Shown piece by piece: positions 32,001 through 41,400 of a stretch of DNA of 64,000 bases. How positions within the stretch are numbered: the first letter of the stretch is position 1; each line of letters opens with the position of its first letter. The translations under genes were made by a program, and so were the position numbers. The notes under the pieces are model-generated. The model had not been told where the DNA came from. It saw only the letters and a list, made by a program, of their open reading frames with translations, and ran no database searches. The stretch is from a virus, in the IMG/VR virus record IMGVR_UViG_3300008113_005947, positions 11,326-75,325 of that record; one strand, 5' to 3'.

Positions 32001-35000
32001 TCATTTGACCCTATTGCGGTATAACTTCCTGCAAGTTGTATAGGACTACTCTTATTGACAATTGTTCCGTCACCCAATTGACCAGCACTATTGCCTCCCC
32101 ATGTATATACTGTGCCGTCAGTTCTTAATCCAACTGAATGACTCAGGCCTAAAGAAATCTGACTCCAGCTACCTGAAATTTGTACAGGGCTACTACGACT
32201 AATCGTATCACCTAGACCTAGTTGTCCTAAATTATTATATCCCCAAGTCCATAATGTAGCATCATCTTTTATGACCATAGTACGGAATTGTGATGTAGCA
32301 ACTTGTGTAAAACTAGAACCTGCAAATATTTGTTGAATCTCATGTGCTGTGTTTACCCCAACCTGAGTCCAACTACTTTGTGTTGCGGCATTCCCTAAAC
32401 CAAGTTCAGATGTTGCATTATAACCAGCCGCATATAATTTATTGTCAGTAAGTGTCATTGTAGTACCACTTAATCCACCAAGTGATACTTTTTGCACGTT
32501 AGTTCTCATTTGTGCAGGATATCCTCTTGACACAGTTGTACCATCTCCATACTGAGACCAGGTATTATTTCCTACCATCCATAATGAATTATCTGCTCTT
32601 ATTAATGCTACATAACTAGAACCAGCAGATGTAACTTGTATCCAACTACTAGTACCTACCTGTACAGGGCTACTACGTGAAGCATCAATACCAACTTGTG
32701 TTGGGCCACTTCTATTCGTATTAGTTGTACTACCTAAAAGTGCCCCAATACCCCATAGTTCTAATGCATATTGGTCTCCCCATAAAATAGCATTAGCCTG
32801 TCCGACACCATATTTGTGAGGTAGGGTAATAGCATTCAATTGAGTAAATGATGTAGGATATATTGCAGACATTTGTACTGGACTGCTACGTGAAATAATA
32901 GTATTATCACCTACTTGACCCCAAATATTCCATCCCCATGCCCAAAGAGTATTATCTATTCTCAATGCACTAACTAAGAATTGACCAGTTTGCACTTGAC
33001 TCCAACTACTTGTTCCCACTTGTGAAGGACTGCTACGATTTAGTGTATCACCAAACCCCAACTGCCCTACGTTATTAATACCCCAAGTATATAATCTACC
33101 TAGATTATCTATAGCCACACTACTATCCCATGCGGTACCTATAGCTACATATGATACTGAAGATGTTATTTGTACTGGACTACTTCTATTAATAGTAGTG
33201 CCATCACCCAACTGACCACTAGTGTTTAATCCCCATGCCCATAGTTTAGAGTTACTATCAAGAGCCACAAAAAAACTTTGACCTGCATGAACATCTATCC
33301 AACTATTACCTATACCTATTTGCACAGGTTGACTACGTGTTACCGTATCACCAAAACCCAATTGTCCTACGTTATTTCTACCACTAGTAAATAAATTAAA
33401 GGCGGTATTTATATATGCGGCTTCAGTGTTTCCTATGGCTGCTCTGCGATAATTACCGCCTCCGCCAATGTTAACAGGACTGGATCTAGATATAGTTTCA
33501 TTAGTTCCAAACTGTCCATACTGATTGTTTCCCCAACCCCATAATGAAGTATCACTACGTATGGCAGCTACAGCACTTCCACCGGCAGCAATAAAAGTAT
33601 AACTTGCACCAGTATGAATTTGTATAGGTGACAAACGTTGTACAGTTAAACCATCACCTAACACTCCTGACTCATTGGTGCCCCAAGAATATAATCTTCC
33701 TAACCTATCGGCAGCTATTGCTGAGTTACCTAAAGTAAATGCTATAGTGTTCCATGCTATACCTGATGCAATTGTTGGCGCGGCACTTGTAGCCGCGCTA
33801 GTGCTTACGCCTGCACCCCATGTAAATAATTTATAATCAGTATTGATAGCAAAAACGTTTTGTGTAGCACCAGAGCCACCAATAAATAACCAGCTACCTG
33901 CAATTTGTACTGGACTACTTCTTGTGATTGTGGTGCTATCCCCTAATTGACCTAATGAATTCATACCCCAAGCCCATAGTGTATTATCACTACGGATAGC
34001 TAATGTAGTATTATTATTTCCGTCAGTAGTCGCTACAAGTACAACTGAGCTCCACTTGTATGCACCAAGTTGTACCGGACTACTACGATTAATTGTACTT
34101 CCGTCACCCAGTTGACCATTATTGTTTAATCCCCAAGAAAACAAATATCCATCTTTTCTAATTGCTAAGGTGGTATTTGCGCCTAGTGTTACTTGAGTCC
34201 AACTACTTGTTCCTATTCTAGTAATCCAACTTTTATTAACAGTAGTGCCATCACCGATTTGTCCGCTAGCGTTATAACCCCAAACAAATAATGTGCCGTT
34301 ACTATTAATTGCAGCCATGTGGAAGGCACCGGGCATGGCAGTTGCAATAGAATTCCAATTAGTAAAGAATAGACTATTAGTAGGTCTAAAACTTAAAGTA
34401 TTATCATATGTAACAACTGTTGGGCTTGCTTGTGGTGTCGCCGTAGTACCTATACCCATTTGTCCAAAACTATTATTACCCCATGCAAACAATACCCCAT
34501 CATTACGTAATGCATATGTACTCTGATATCCTACAGTTACGCTAGTCCAAGAATAAGTTTGTTCAGGTATTGTATAATAATTTTCACCACTACTATTATT
34601 AGTATTAGATGTTCCCCATGCAAACAATTTACCAGTATTTGTTATAGCATATGTTCCCCTAGTACTTGCCGCAACTTTAGAAAATTTAAGGTCAGTGTTT
34701 ATCGCTAATCCTACTTGTGTGGGGCTAGAAACACTAGCTATAACAGGATCATATATATTTCCACCATATCTTAATTGGTTAAGTAATTGGGCCCAAGTCC
34801 AAAGAGTGCCGTCTGAATCAATAGCATATTGTCCATTATTTGCCGAGTAACCGATGCCACCACTAAAAATCCATGATAGAGGATTATATGTACCTAGTTG
34901 GCCACCTACATTCGACCCCCAAGTATATAATTTATTATTTCTTATACCTATGCCTGAATTCGAATGCACACTAATCATAGTCCAAGAACTATTAGAAACT

Positions 35001-38000
35001 TGTACTGGTGTGAAATTTTTTCTATATATTAATGGGTACCCAGATTGTCCATAATCAGTGGTTGCCCACGCCCAATTAAATAATGTTCCGTCATTTTTTA
35101 TTAAAGTTATCCAATTTGGTGAGCTGAATGCATATCCTGTCACATCTATAAAACTACCAGACAAAGCAGTAAGTTGCACTGGGCTACTACGTGATATAGT
35201 AGTGCCATCTCCTAATTGATTAAGTGAGCTTCCACTAGCACCCCATGACCATACAGTACCATTAGTTTGTAAACCTATAGTTACAGTTCCTATAGGAACT
35301 ACTTTACTCCATGTATACTGGGCTCCTATTTGTACTGGACTGCTACGTGATATAGTATCATTTAGTCCTAATTCTTTAGCACCCCATGCATATAATTCAC
35401 CAGCTGAATTAATTGCTGTTGCAAAACTCATACCTGCACTTATAGCAGACCACGATTGATTTACTGTTTGAGTTATTTGTACAGGACTACTACGAGGGAA
35501 TCCATCACCATATCCTAATTGTCCTGAACTATTTTGTCCCCATGCAAATAAACTTCCGAATGGATCTATAGCTAATGCAAAATTTTCTCCGGCTGCAACT
35601 GATGTCCAATAACTAGTACCTATTTGTACTGGACTACTACGTTGTATTGTAGTACTATCACCTAATTGTCCGTACCAATTATCTCCACCAACACCCCATA
35701 ATGTACCGTCTAGACGTATTTGATATTGAGTAAGACCTCCGCCTGTTGCTAATTGTATCCAGCTATGTGTACCGTTAATGCCCGATTCGGCTGTAGCAAG
35801 AGTTCTAAATCCGGCTATTATCCAAAGTGATCCGTCAGTTTGTATTCCGAAATTAGCTCCAAAGGTAGAGGAATCATTGCTTGCAATAGCAATACTTTGC
35901 CAATTAGATGCACCAATTTGTACAGGACTACTCCTACTTACAAAAGTTCCGTCTCCTAAGTAACCAGCTGATGATCCCCATGCAAATAATTTATTGTCTG
36001 ACCGTATTGCAAAAACTGACCCTGCAATTGAGTTTGGACCTGTTGCTCCAAACACACTTTTCCAACTATTATTACCTACTTGGGTTAGTGTGTTCCTATT
36101 TACTGTATCATTTAAACCTAATTGACCATAAGTATTGGGCCCTGCACTAAATAAAATACCATCATATCTTATTGCATAGATGTTAGCGGGGCCGCAACCT
36201 ATTTGAATCCAACTATCATTTGAAATTTGTACTGGGCTACTACGATTGATAGTACTTCCGTCACCTAAATTTCCACCTCCATTCCATCCCCATGCAAAAA
36301 GAAAACCTGTATTAGCTTCTAAAGCAATTACATGTAATGAGCCGGTATCTACTTTACTAAATGTTCTGCTAGATGCAATTTGAACTGGACTACTACGGTT
36401 AGCTATACTATTATCACCTACAGAACCATAAAAATTATATCCCCATGCATACAATCTACCTGCTGAATCTAAAGCAACAGTAAAGTTTTGGCTATTTCTT
36501 ACAAAACTCCAATTATTATTAGTACCAATCTGTATAGGACTACTACGAGTTATAGTGGTTCCGTCACCTAACTGACCTTCAAAATTTCTACCCCAGCCCC
36601 ACAATGTACCGTTTGTTTTGATAGCCATTAAATGAGATTCACCCGCCGATATAACAGACCATGATGCTATATCTGTTATATTATTTCTTGCAAGTTGACC
36701 AAATTGATTATTACCACTAGAAAATAATAATCCATTAATATCTATTCCTAATGAAAAATTATTTCCCGCGGATACAACATTCCAACTACTTGTCCCAACT
36801 TGTAATGGGCTATTTGTTGATGTTACCGTGTTTAAGAACAATTGACCCTGATTATTATTCCCCCAAGCCCATAATGTTTTATCACTGCGAATTGCTAACG
36901 TATGATTAGTACCTGCACTTATTGCTGTCCAACTACTTGTTCCAAGTTGTGTTGGACTATTAAACAATAATGTTCCACCTACTTGTACCGGGCTAGACCT
37001 AGTTGAACCTGCAGTAACTAGACCCGAAATAATATAATTATCGCCCTGACCACTGTCACCTCCCCAGGCCCATAAATTGTAAGAGGTATCAAGTGCCATC
37101 ATACCGCGTTGGGTGTTAACTAACTGAAGCCAATTTGAAGTTCCGAGTACTTGAGTAGGATTTGATTTATTAATAGTAGTACCATCACCTAGTTGACCAA
37201 AAGTCGAATTAAGTCCCCATCCTATTACTTTTCCTGAACTATCAATAGCAGAATGATGACTTTGTGTAGATTTTACTGCTACGCTAGAAACACCATTAGC
37301 TATTTGTACAGGATCACTTCTTGAAATTACTGTTCCATCACCTACTGTGCCTATAATATTAGTGCCCCAACCATATAATGTACGATTGGTATTTAAAGCA
37401 TAAGAATTATTTAAGCCAGCACCAACACCACTCCAATTAGATAAAAATCCTAACTGTACAGGGGTGCTACGACTTATAATGTTACCGTGACCTAATTCAC
37501 CATTAAGATTGTAACCATGTGACCACAATGTTCTATCATTTCTTATTGCTAATGTGAATTCAAGACCTAATGCAACATCATTAAATTTGACACTTACTGA
37601 AACTTGTACAGGGCTACTTCTAGCAATAAGAGTGTTGTCTCCAATTTGACCAGCACTGTTTGACCCCCACATAAAAAGATTACTGTTTACGTCAATTGCC
37701 GCTGTAGTTCCCTGTCCCAAACTAGTGTTTCCGGGATTGGCTCTTACTAATGTCCAACTACTTGATCCTACTTGAACTGGACTTGACTTACTAACAGTAG
37801 TATTGTCCCCTAGTTGTCCTTGTGCATTATAACCCCAACTGAATAATCTACCATTTATATCTATTGCAAAGGAAGTGCTAGGACCGGCAGCTATGAAAGA
37901 CCAACTGCTATTTCCTATTTGCACTGGGCTAATACTATTACTAACATCACCTTTACCCAACTGACCTGTAGTATTTTCACCCACAGCCCATAAAGTGTTG

Positions 38001-38413
38001 TCTTGTCTTAGTAGTAATGTATGAGTCCATCCAGTAGCTATAGATTTCCATCCAGCATAATTAAATATACCACCTAAACCTAATTGATTAGATGTGTTAC
38101 TACCCCAAACATACATTAAATTGTCACTACGTAATGCAAGACTATGACTAGCACCAGCATTAATATTATTCCAACTATATCCTAAACCAATCTGTACAGG
38201 ACTACTACGTGTGAGATATGTACCATCACCCAACTGTCCTGAAGAATTCAAACCCCATGCATATAGCAAGTTGTTACTTTTTATAGCCAAAGCATGAGAA
38301 CCACCTACACTAAGCTGTTTCCAGCTGGTGCCTATTTGTATAGGGCTTAACGAATATTGAGTAGTGTAACCGGCAACCTGTGTTAAACTTGAACGGTTTG
38401 TATTAATACTCAT
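23060..38413 (-). CDS. Giant RCC1/BLIP-II-repeat beta-propeller protein, part 3 (5117 aa, about 96 repeats)
   Basis: About 50-aa repeat SWxxVSAGxxHxxAIxxDGTLWxWGxNxxGQLGDxTxxxRSSPVQI; ATGA overlap with the upstream gene. Confidence 0.92.
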   Translation of the reverse strand: MSINTNRSSLTQVAGYTTQYSLSPIQIGTSWKQLSVGGSHALAIKSNNLLYAWGLNSSGQLGDGTYLTRSSPVQIGLGYSWNNINAGASHSLALRSDNLMYVWGSNTSNQLGLGGIFNYAGWKSIATGWTHTLLLRQDNTLWAVGENTTGQLGKGDVSNSISPVQIGNSSWSFIAAGPSTSFAIDINGRLFSWGYNAQGQLGDNTTVSKSSPVQVGSSSWTLVRANPGNTSLGQGTTAAIDVNSNLFMWGSNSAGQIGDNTLIARSSPVQVSVSVKFNDVALGLEFTLAIRNDRTLWSHGYNLNGELGHGNIISRSTPVQLGFLSNWSGVGAGLNNSYALNTNRTLYGWGTNIIGTVGDGTVISRSDPVQIANGVSSVAVKSTQSHHSAIDSSGKVIGWGLNSTFGQLGDGTTINKSNPTQVLGTSNWLQLVNTQRGMMALDTSYNLWAWGGDSGQGDNYIISGLVTAGSTRSSPVQVGGTLLFNSPTQLGTSSWTAISAGTNHTLAIRSDKTLWAWGNNNQGQLFLNTVTSTNSPLQVGTSSWNVVSAGNNFSLGIDINGLLFSSGNNQFGQLARNNITDIASWSVISAGESHLMAIKTNGTLWGWGRNFEGQLGDGTTITRSSPIQIGTNNNWSFVRNSQNFTVALDSAGRLYAWGYNFYGSVGDNSIANRSSPVQIASSRTFSKVDTGSLHVIALEANTGFLFAWGWNGGGNLGDGSTINRSSPVQISNDSWIQIGCGPANIYAIRYDGILFSAGPNTYGQLGLNDTVNRNTLTQVGNNSWKSVFGATGPNSIAGSVFAIRSDNKLFAWGSSAGYLGDGTFVSRSSPVQIGASNWQSIAIASNDSSTFGANFGIQTDGSLWIIAGFRTLATAESGINGTHSWIQLATGGGLTQYQIRLDGTLWGVGGDNWYGQLGDSTTIQRSSPVQIGTSYWTSVAAGENFALAIDPFGSLFAWGQNSSGQLGYGDGFPRSSPVQITQTVNQSWSAISAGMSFATAINSAGELYAWGAKELGLNDTISRSSPVQIGAQYTWSKVVPIGTVTIGLQTNGTVWSWGASGSSLNQLGDGTTISRSSPVQLTALSGSFIDVTGYAFSSPNWITLIKNDGTLFNWAWATTDYGQSGYPLIYRKNFTPVQVSNSSWTMISVHSNSGIGIRNNKLYTWGSNVGGQLGTYNPLSWIFSGGIGYSANNGQYAIDSDGTLWTWAQLLNQLRYGGNIYDPVIASVSSPTQVGLAINTDLKFSKVAASTRGTYAITNTGKLFAWGTSNTNNSSGENYYTIPEQTYSWTSVTVGYQSTYALRNDGVLFAWGNNSFGQMGIGTTATPQASPTVVTYDNTLSFRPTNSLFFTNWNSIATAMPGAFHMAAINSNGTLFVWGYNASGQIGDGTTVNKSWITRIGTSSWTQVTLGANTTLAIRKDGYLFSWGLNNNGQLGDGSTINRSSPVQLGAYKWSSVVLVATTDGNNNTTLAIRSDNTLWAWGMNSLGQLGDSTTITRSSPVQIAGSWLFIGGSGATQNVFAINTDYKLFTWGAGVSTSAATSAAPTIASGIAWNTIAFTLGNSAIAADRLGRLYSWGTNESGVLGDGLTVQRLSPIQIHTGASYTFIAAGGSAVAAIRSDTSLWGWGNNQYGQFGTNETISRSSPVNIGGGGNYRRAAIGNTEAAYINTAFNLFTSGRNNVGQLGFGDTVTRSQPVQIGIGNSWIDVHAGQSFFVALDSNSKLWAWGLNTSGQLGDGTTINRSSPVQITSSVSYVAIGTAWDSSVAIDNLGRLYTWGINNVGQLGFGDTLNRSSPSQVGTSSWSQVQTGQFLVSALRIDNTLWAWGWNIWGQVGDNTIISRSSPVQMSAIYPTSFTQLNAITLPHKYGVGQANAILWGDQYALELWGIGALLGSTTNTNRSGPTQVGIDASRSSPVQVGTSSWIQVTSAGSSYVALIRADNSLWMVGNNTWSQYGDGTTVSRGYPAQMRTNVQKVSLGGLSGTTMTLTDNKLYAAGYNATSELGLGNAATQSSWTQVGVNTAHEIQQIFAGSSFTQVATSQFRTMVIKDDATLWTWGYNNLGQLGLGDTISRSSPVQISGSWSQISLGLSHSVGLRTDGTVYTWGGNSAGQLGDGTIVNKSSPIQLAGSYTAIGSNEGYTTYLLKTDGTLWGTGYNNDGMIGDSTTVNKSSPIQIGTGNSFSQIGVYSQSILAVRSTDNTLWAWGLNTSGQLGDGTTTSRSSPVQITSMGSGGTFLLSNNYSNFLTQTTIMFIKDSLLYSMGLGTSGELGDNTAVSKSVPTLVASGPRKMIMSPTQLGNSNWSTVSAGNNNMFAIDSNSRLFTWGTASSGSLGLLQGADYQSIASKGGFDTNTFTKGFTQWIKGNLTLWAVGDNSSGELGDNTTVSKSSPIQIGSSLWTQVSIGVNHIHAIRVDGTLWGWGNATGGTLGDGTTISRSSPVQIGVKTNWTNTDGWYAGAHAINSLGQLWGWGVNTDGVIGDNTNVSKSSPVQIGSDTTWLALYTNPASNQVAAIKTDSTLWTWGVNTYGQLGDNSTISRSSPVQIAGSWTMVSMNGAGNTGNFNMYGIKTDGTMWGWGRNNQGATGGYIGDDTSTDASSPVQIGSSITTSWKAVYGWYYGAFALSQNNFLYYWGSMSGAANWTGVATTSNTITLLGGVRFRDYTTWTRYTFGCFWPSASGLAYVWGVNSTGLLGDTTTVNKSSPVVLAGTDATIAYSPTQLPTFDGSASSWISVKSANNYTYAIKNDYTLWAWGNNNSGQFGDGTTISRSSPVQVGGSSWAQVGGGTDWTLAIKMIVGSTTGTLWAWGRNNLGQLGLNDTIDRSSPVQVGTLNTWTKVVRTNGSTAFALTTSTNNLYIWGDNSSGAIGDNTTINKSNPVQITSPSVSWTQIGHGIAVTSTGTLYTWGNNSTGSLGLGDTANRSAPTQVGLLTTWSFLPNYTYSNNFKAAGTTGNVIWAMGANDSGQLGDNSTVSRSSPVQVAGGLALNQMSLGVNQMAAITTIGTLYAWGNNSVGSLGVNDTLNRSNPTQITGSWTSVWATTNMIGIRTNSSVWAWGRNNNYSFSDGTSVDRSSPVQVGSASLSSSLFPYNMPLLAIACNNEQATWIIDASGLLYAWGVNTYGQLGDNTTVSKSSPTQLRWASSYTQIGTFTFGSTFGLALKSNYMLDAFGINSNGQLGDGTTITRSSPVQIGTSSILYTAVPNKINNTTSFNQVIAGNYHAFALNTQGLLYGWGENTTSQLGNNTAPEIYVETGTNSADGVGYAITSSRRLFVWGLNTAGQLGFGDTINRSSPVQLAGSWTSVTIGHSNMLGIRTDGTLWGWGYNNVGGLGDNTVNSKSSPVQIGALANWFRVIAGATTYAINTSGQLYAWGYNANGQLGDNTTINRSSPVQILTGFSFTVLPTSIGTNTLITTGALHVGAIDTVGRLWTWGNNAVGQLGFGDTLNRSSPIQIGTSSWTQISVGGSHTMALRQDNTIWTWGINAVGQLGDNTTISRSSPVQVGTLIMLPSWKMISAGLSHNVAIRADNTLWAWGLNTSGQLGDSSLSNRSSPVQVSTIGGVAANNFYVGVGGNEWSYVSAGYLKSHAIAPDGQLFAWGNPPVGVIGITTNQSWPVAVDFDFTVIAATSNNLISSPTQIGTSSWSVISAGARNSFGIKPDGTLWGWGSNYFGSLGIVAGDTLRDYNSGGYILNSTKQLYVWGGNVYGQLGQNDTINRSNPVQVGGSWLQLASTNYTSTGHKLAIDTSYNLWSWGYNNQGQLGDGTTINRSQPVQILNPNIWKDISAGNALTMGLRYDGSIWAWGAGLQLGQNDIISRSSPVQVGTSSWLVISAAAGCAHAIRIDGTLWGWGSNSFGQVGDGTTVNRSSPVQIGALAIWSKLAVSGGNSLGGMAAINKLGQLFVWGLNNNGQLGDNTFVNKSSPIQIMTTSSFTFIAAGEGFRMIDILGKLYVCGENTQGELGTNTTIRRSSPVQVGTANSWIMATMGSQDGSGTGQYTLALATDGTVWTWGNNSYGQLGDNTTISRSSPVQMGSDTWSYAVAGTISTAIRNNLLYVWGRNLTGALGLNDTLNRSSPVQLSATTSYVLASSGTPTNDGGIAVFAITTKGFLISIGGRNSNVGQFGDGTTIARSSPVQIGTNGTSWTQIFSVGADSGAMQIAIMDDNTLWAWGQNLYGQLGQNDTISRSRPVQILGSWTTAAAQGGQGAGTQGVLAIKTDGTLWAWGDNTYGQLGDGTTVSRSSPVQIGSNNNWSSVAIAVYTKAAINTLGQLYNIGGWNNYGEFGDDSNHLLYRSSPVQIMSGYSFTQIVSIFSSAGSYIARTTTGTIWSWGLGNVGQLGDGTTITRSSPVQIGTSSWVSIGSGTGNNGVAIGLLNDGTTNRLFVWGNGLTGQLGDNTVVSKSSPVQLDSVYTANTFAFYSSPVQIGTSSWIAVSTGGGTTFAIKADFTLWAWGNNGPNGQLGNNTTIYRSSPVQIGTSSWIAVSVAKIANYNTYPIVGRTPTAYYDAIYVSAIRSDGLLFAWGNNPVGNIGNNTTGLIAGPVQINTVGQNPFIYPNKLRTTIGLSFITVGVGASYVTALKTDGLLYVWGTDGLGQLADNSTVTTTSTPITVGGLSQTYIAGINQIGNSSWSQVSAGYSHTLGITRDSRLFGWGSSAGVNPMPIGIGAGNNAGWQYSGGSGGGGYVRHAIRNDGTLWATGYNNYGVLGDNTTITRSSPVQVSGGGSWIIVDCASYATAGATYAIKTNYTLWAWGQNAAGQLVQGDRIARSSPVQIPGSWASVCAATYVQTFVFAIKPDNTLWAWGDNSAGQLGDATIISRSSPVQVFASKRWLQVAVSDSGFTVALDTDNIAWSWGRNIYGQLGDNTTIDRSSPYQIGTEKHIQVAASINNIYLLRATGQIFATGLGQNGGVGDNNTVRRSSPVQVASSSLFKQVVSKGTNVENAFAIDINNNLWAWGYNLQGELGDNTTIYRSSPVQITASGNVVSIAQSGNVGGYIDKFSQIWLWGFNTYGGMGDNTTVNKSSPVQVNTGLTGIINSSPVVVASGSWTQVRAGNEFSLITDTNNALYFWGRNDLHQSGTNSYAVYVSSPIQIGSSVVSSPSTVGSGGTGGGFIKNI

Positions 38414-41400
38414 GTACCGTCCCCCAGTTGTCCATTGCTGTTGTTACCAAATGTATATACTGAACCATCAGATTTTTCTATTATGTTATGATTGTATCCA
38501 GCACTTATTAGTGTATAACTAGAACTACTAATTTGCACTGGACTACTTCTATTTATCGTAGAAGAATCGCCGACTTGTCCATTTACATTGTAACCCCAAG
38601 CAAATAACAATCCTGAGGAATTTTTTGCTAAACTATGATTTTCTCCTGAACTTACACTACTCCAACTATCTGTACCTATCTGTACGGGACTACTTCTATA
38701 ATAATTACCATAATCAACTGATCCAATTTGTACTGGACTGCTTGCGTTGGCTGCGGCAACAAATGACATACCGGCTAATTTATACTGTACACCGTATGTA
38801 TTTGTATTGTTTTGTCCCAATTGACCGGTAGTATTTAATCCTGATGCTACCATCTTATAACCTAATACAGGATCATTAGACATAACTGCTGTTATATGTG
38901 AACCACCTGATGCTAGTAGGGTAAAGTTATATGTGCTTAATTGTACTGGACTAATTCTATCCGTAGTACTTCCATCTGATAATATTGAACTTGAACCACC
39001 ATTGGATCCCCATGCAAACAAGCTATTATTAGATAAGATACCATATGCAAAAGAATAACCTGCAGATACAGTACTCCAATTACTGTTACCTACCTGTGTA
39101 GGACTACTTCTATTTTGAAGTAAAGAAATTTGTACTGAGTTTATTGATCCTAGTTGTACTGGACTGCTACGATTTACGTTTTGATTATCACCTAATGAAA
39201 CCCATCCAGCTGAGTTGAAACCCCATGACCAAACTAGTTCTTGATTTTGTGCTGTAGCGCCTGATATCGTTGTTGTAGCAAAGGTACTATCATATCCTAA
39301 AGATAATTTACTCCAAATAATTAAAGGTAAGTTGCCAACCCATGATGAAATTATTTGCACAGGACTACTACGTGATACAGTTGTAAAATCTCCTAGTTGT
39401 CCTTCATTATTACGACCCCACATCCACAGTACACCACTTGTTGATATAGCACCTGAATGTGAACTTCCTGCAGAAATAACAGACCAGCTACCTGCAATTT
39501 GTACCGGGCTACTACGTGATATAGTAGTATTATCTCCCAATTGGCCAGTACTATTACTTCCCCATGACCATAGTGTATTATCAGTTTTCAATCCTAATGC
39601 ATGTGTTGTTGGGGTGACAAATCCTGTAAAGTTAGAAGCATTTATCTGAGTCCAACTACCTGGTATTTGACTAGGTGTATATTCAATATATCCTGTTGAC
39701 AATTGTACTGGACTACTTTTGTTAATAACGGTATTATCTCCTAATTGACCAACACTATTTGATCCTACTGTAAATATTGACCCTGATGAATTTCTAAATG
39801 CGGCATATGAACTTCTCACCGATACAATAGTATTGTTAGTTGAAGAACCTACTTGTCTTGGTTGGAATTGGGTGCGGCTGGCCAGTGCAAAGTTATTTCC
39901 TGTTTGACCAACATTATTACTTCCCCATGACCATAATGTACCATCTGTCTTAACAGCAAATTGATTGTTCACACTAAAATTGTCATTACCGAAACCTACT
40001 TGTGTCCATGAACCTGCAATTTGTACTGGAATAGGTTGAAACATAGATAACGATAAAACGCCGGACCACACTGCACCTGTGATTGACTTATTAGTAAGAG
40101 TTAAATCACCTAATTGACCTGTTGTGTTAAGTCCCCAAGCCCACATTTTTCCAGTTGGTTCGTTTGAAACTAGTATATAGTTTCTTTCAAAACCACTGAA
40201 CAGTTGTATAAATGAGGCGCTGTTGGCAGTATTTAAACTAAGTAGCTGTACAGGGCTACTACGACTAACTGTTGATGAATCACCTACTTGACCACTATTA
40301 TTTCTACCCCAAGCAAATACTAGATAGTCTGTCCTTACTGCTGTAGTAGAACGGTCTGTAGTTGCCAATGTAATCCAACTAGCGTCAGTTCTCACTTGTA
40401 CTGGACTACTACGATGCACTGTGTCATTAAGTACTCCTAATTCTCCGTTGTTGTTAGCACCCCATGCAAATAATTGTCCTAATGTATTTAAATATGCAAA
40501 TCCATTAGCATACGGACGCATTTGTGATACGTTTGCAAAACCTGATGTAACTTGTACCGGGCTACTACGATTCACGGTAGTATTTGATGCAAGCTGTCCA
40601 AGACTATTACTACCCCAAGTCCAATATGTACCATCGTTTTTCAATGCCATACTCATTGCGGCACCGCCCCAGATATTTGTCCAGGTACCTGCAAGTTGCA
40701 CTGGACTACTTCTACTGGCAGTAGAACTATCACCTAACTGACCGTTACTATTAATTCCCCATGCCCATAATGTACCATCTGTCTTAATAGCTAACATATG
40801 AAAGTTTGACCTGCCTGTCATAAGAACAGACCAACTACCGGCTATTTGAGTTGGGCTACTACGTGATATAGTATCACTTTGACCTAATTGACCATCGGTA
40901 TTACTACCCCATGCCCATAATGTAGCGTCATCTTTTATACCAAAAGATGCACTGTTTGGTGCGTTTGTATTAGCACCTGCAACTAGGGTCCATCTTCTTA
41001 CTCCACCTGCTGTAAGTACAATAGGACTAGATTTAGTAACTATGGTGTTATCTCCTAATGCACCAGCAGTACCTAATCCATACATGTATAATGTATTATC
41101 CCCCCTTAGAGCCATAGTATGACTATCTGAACCGGCTATTTGTGTGAAGCTATAAGTAATTCCCAATGCCTGATATTCGTTATATCCCCATACCCATAAT
41201 GTACTATCTGATTTAATTGCCGCACTACTGTACTGTCCTGCAGTGACTTGTGTAAAACTAGAACCAACTTCTAATTGAATTGGTCTAGGAGCCCACAATC
41301 TATAAACAACATTGTTACTAATAGTGAAGGGATATAATGTTGTGCTACCCAGATAATAATTACCTGCCGCAGATACCTGTACCGGGCTACTACGATTTAT

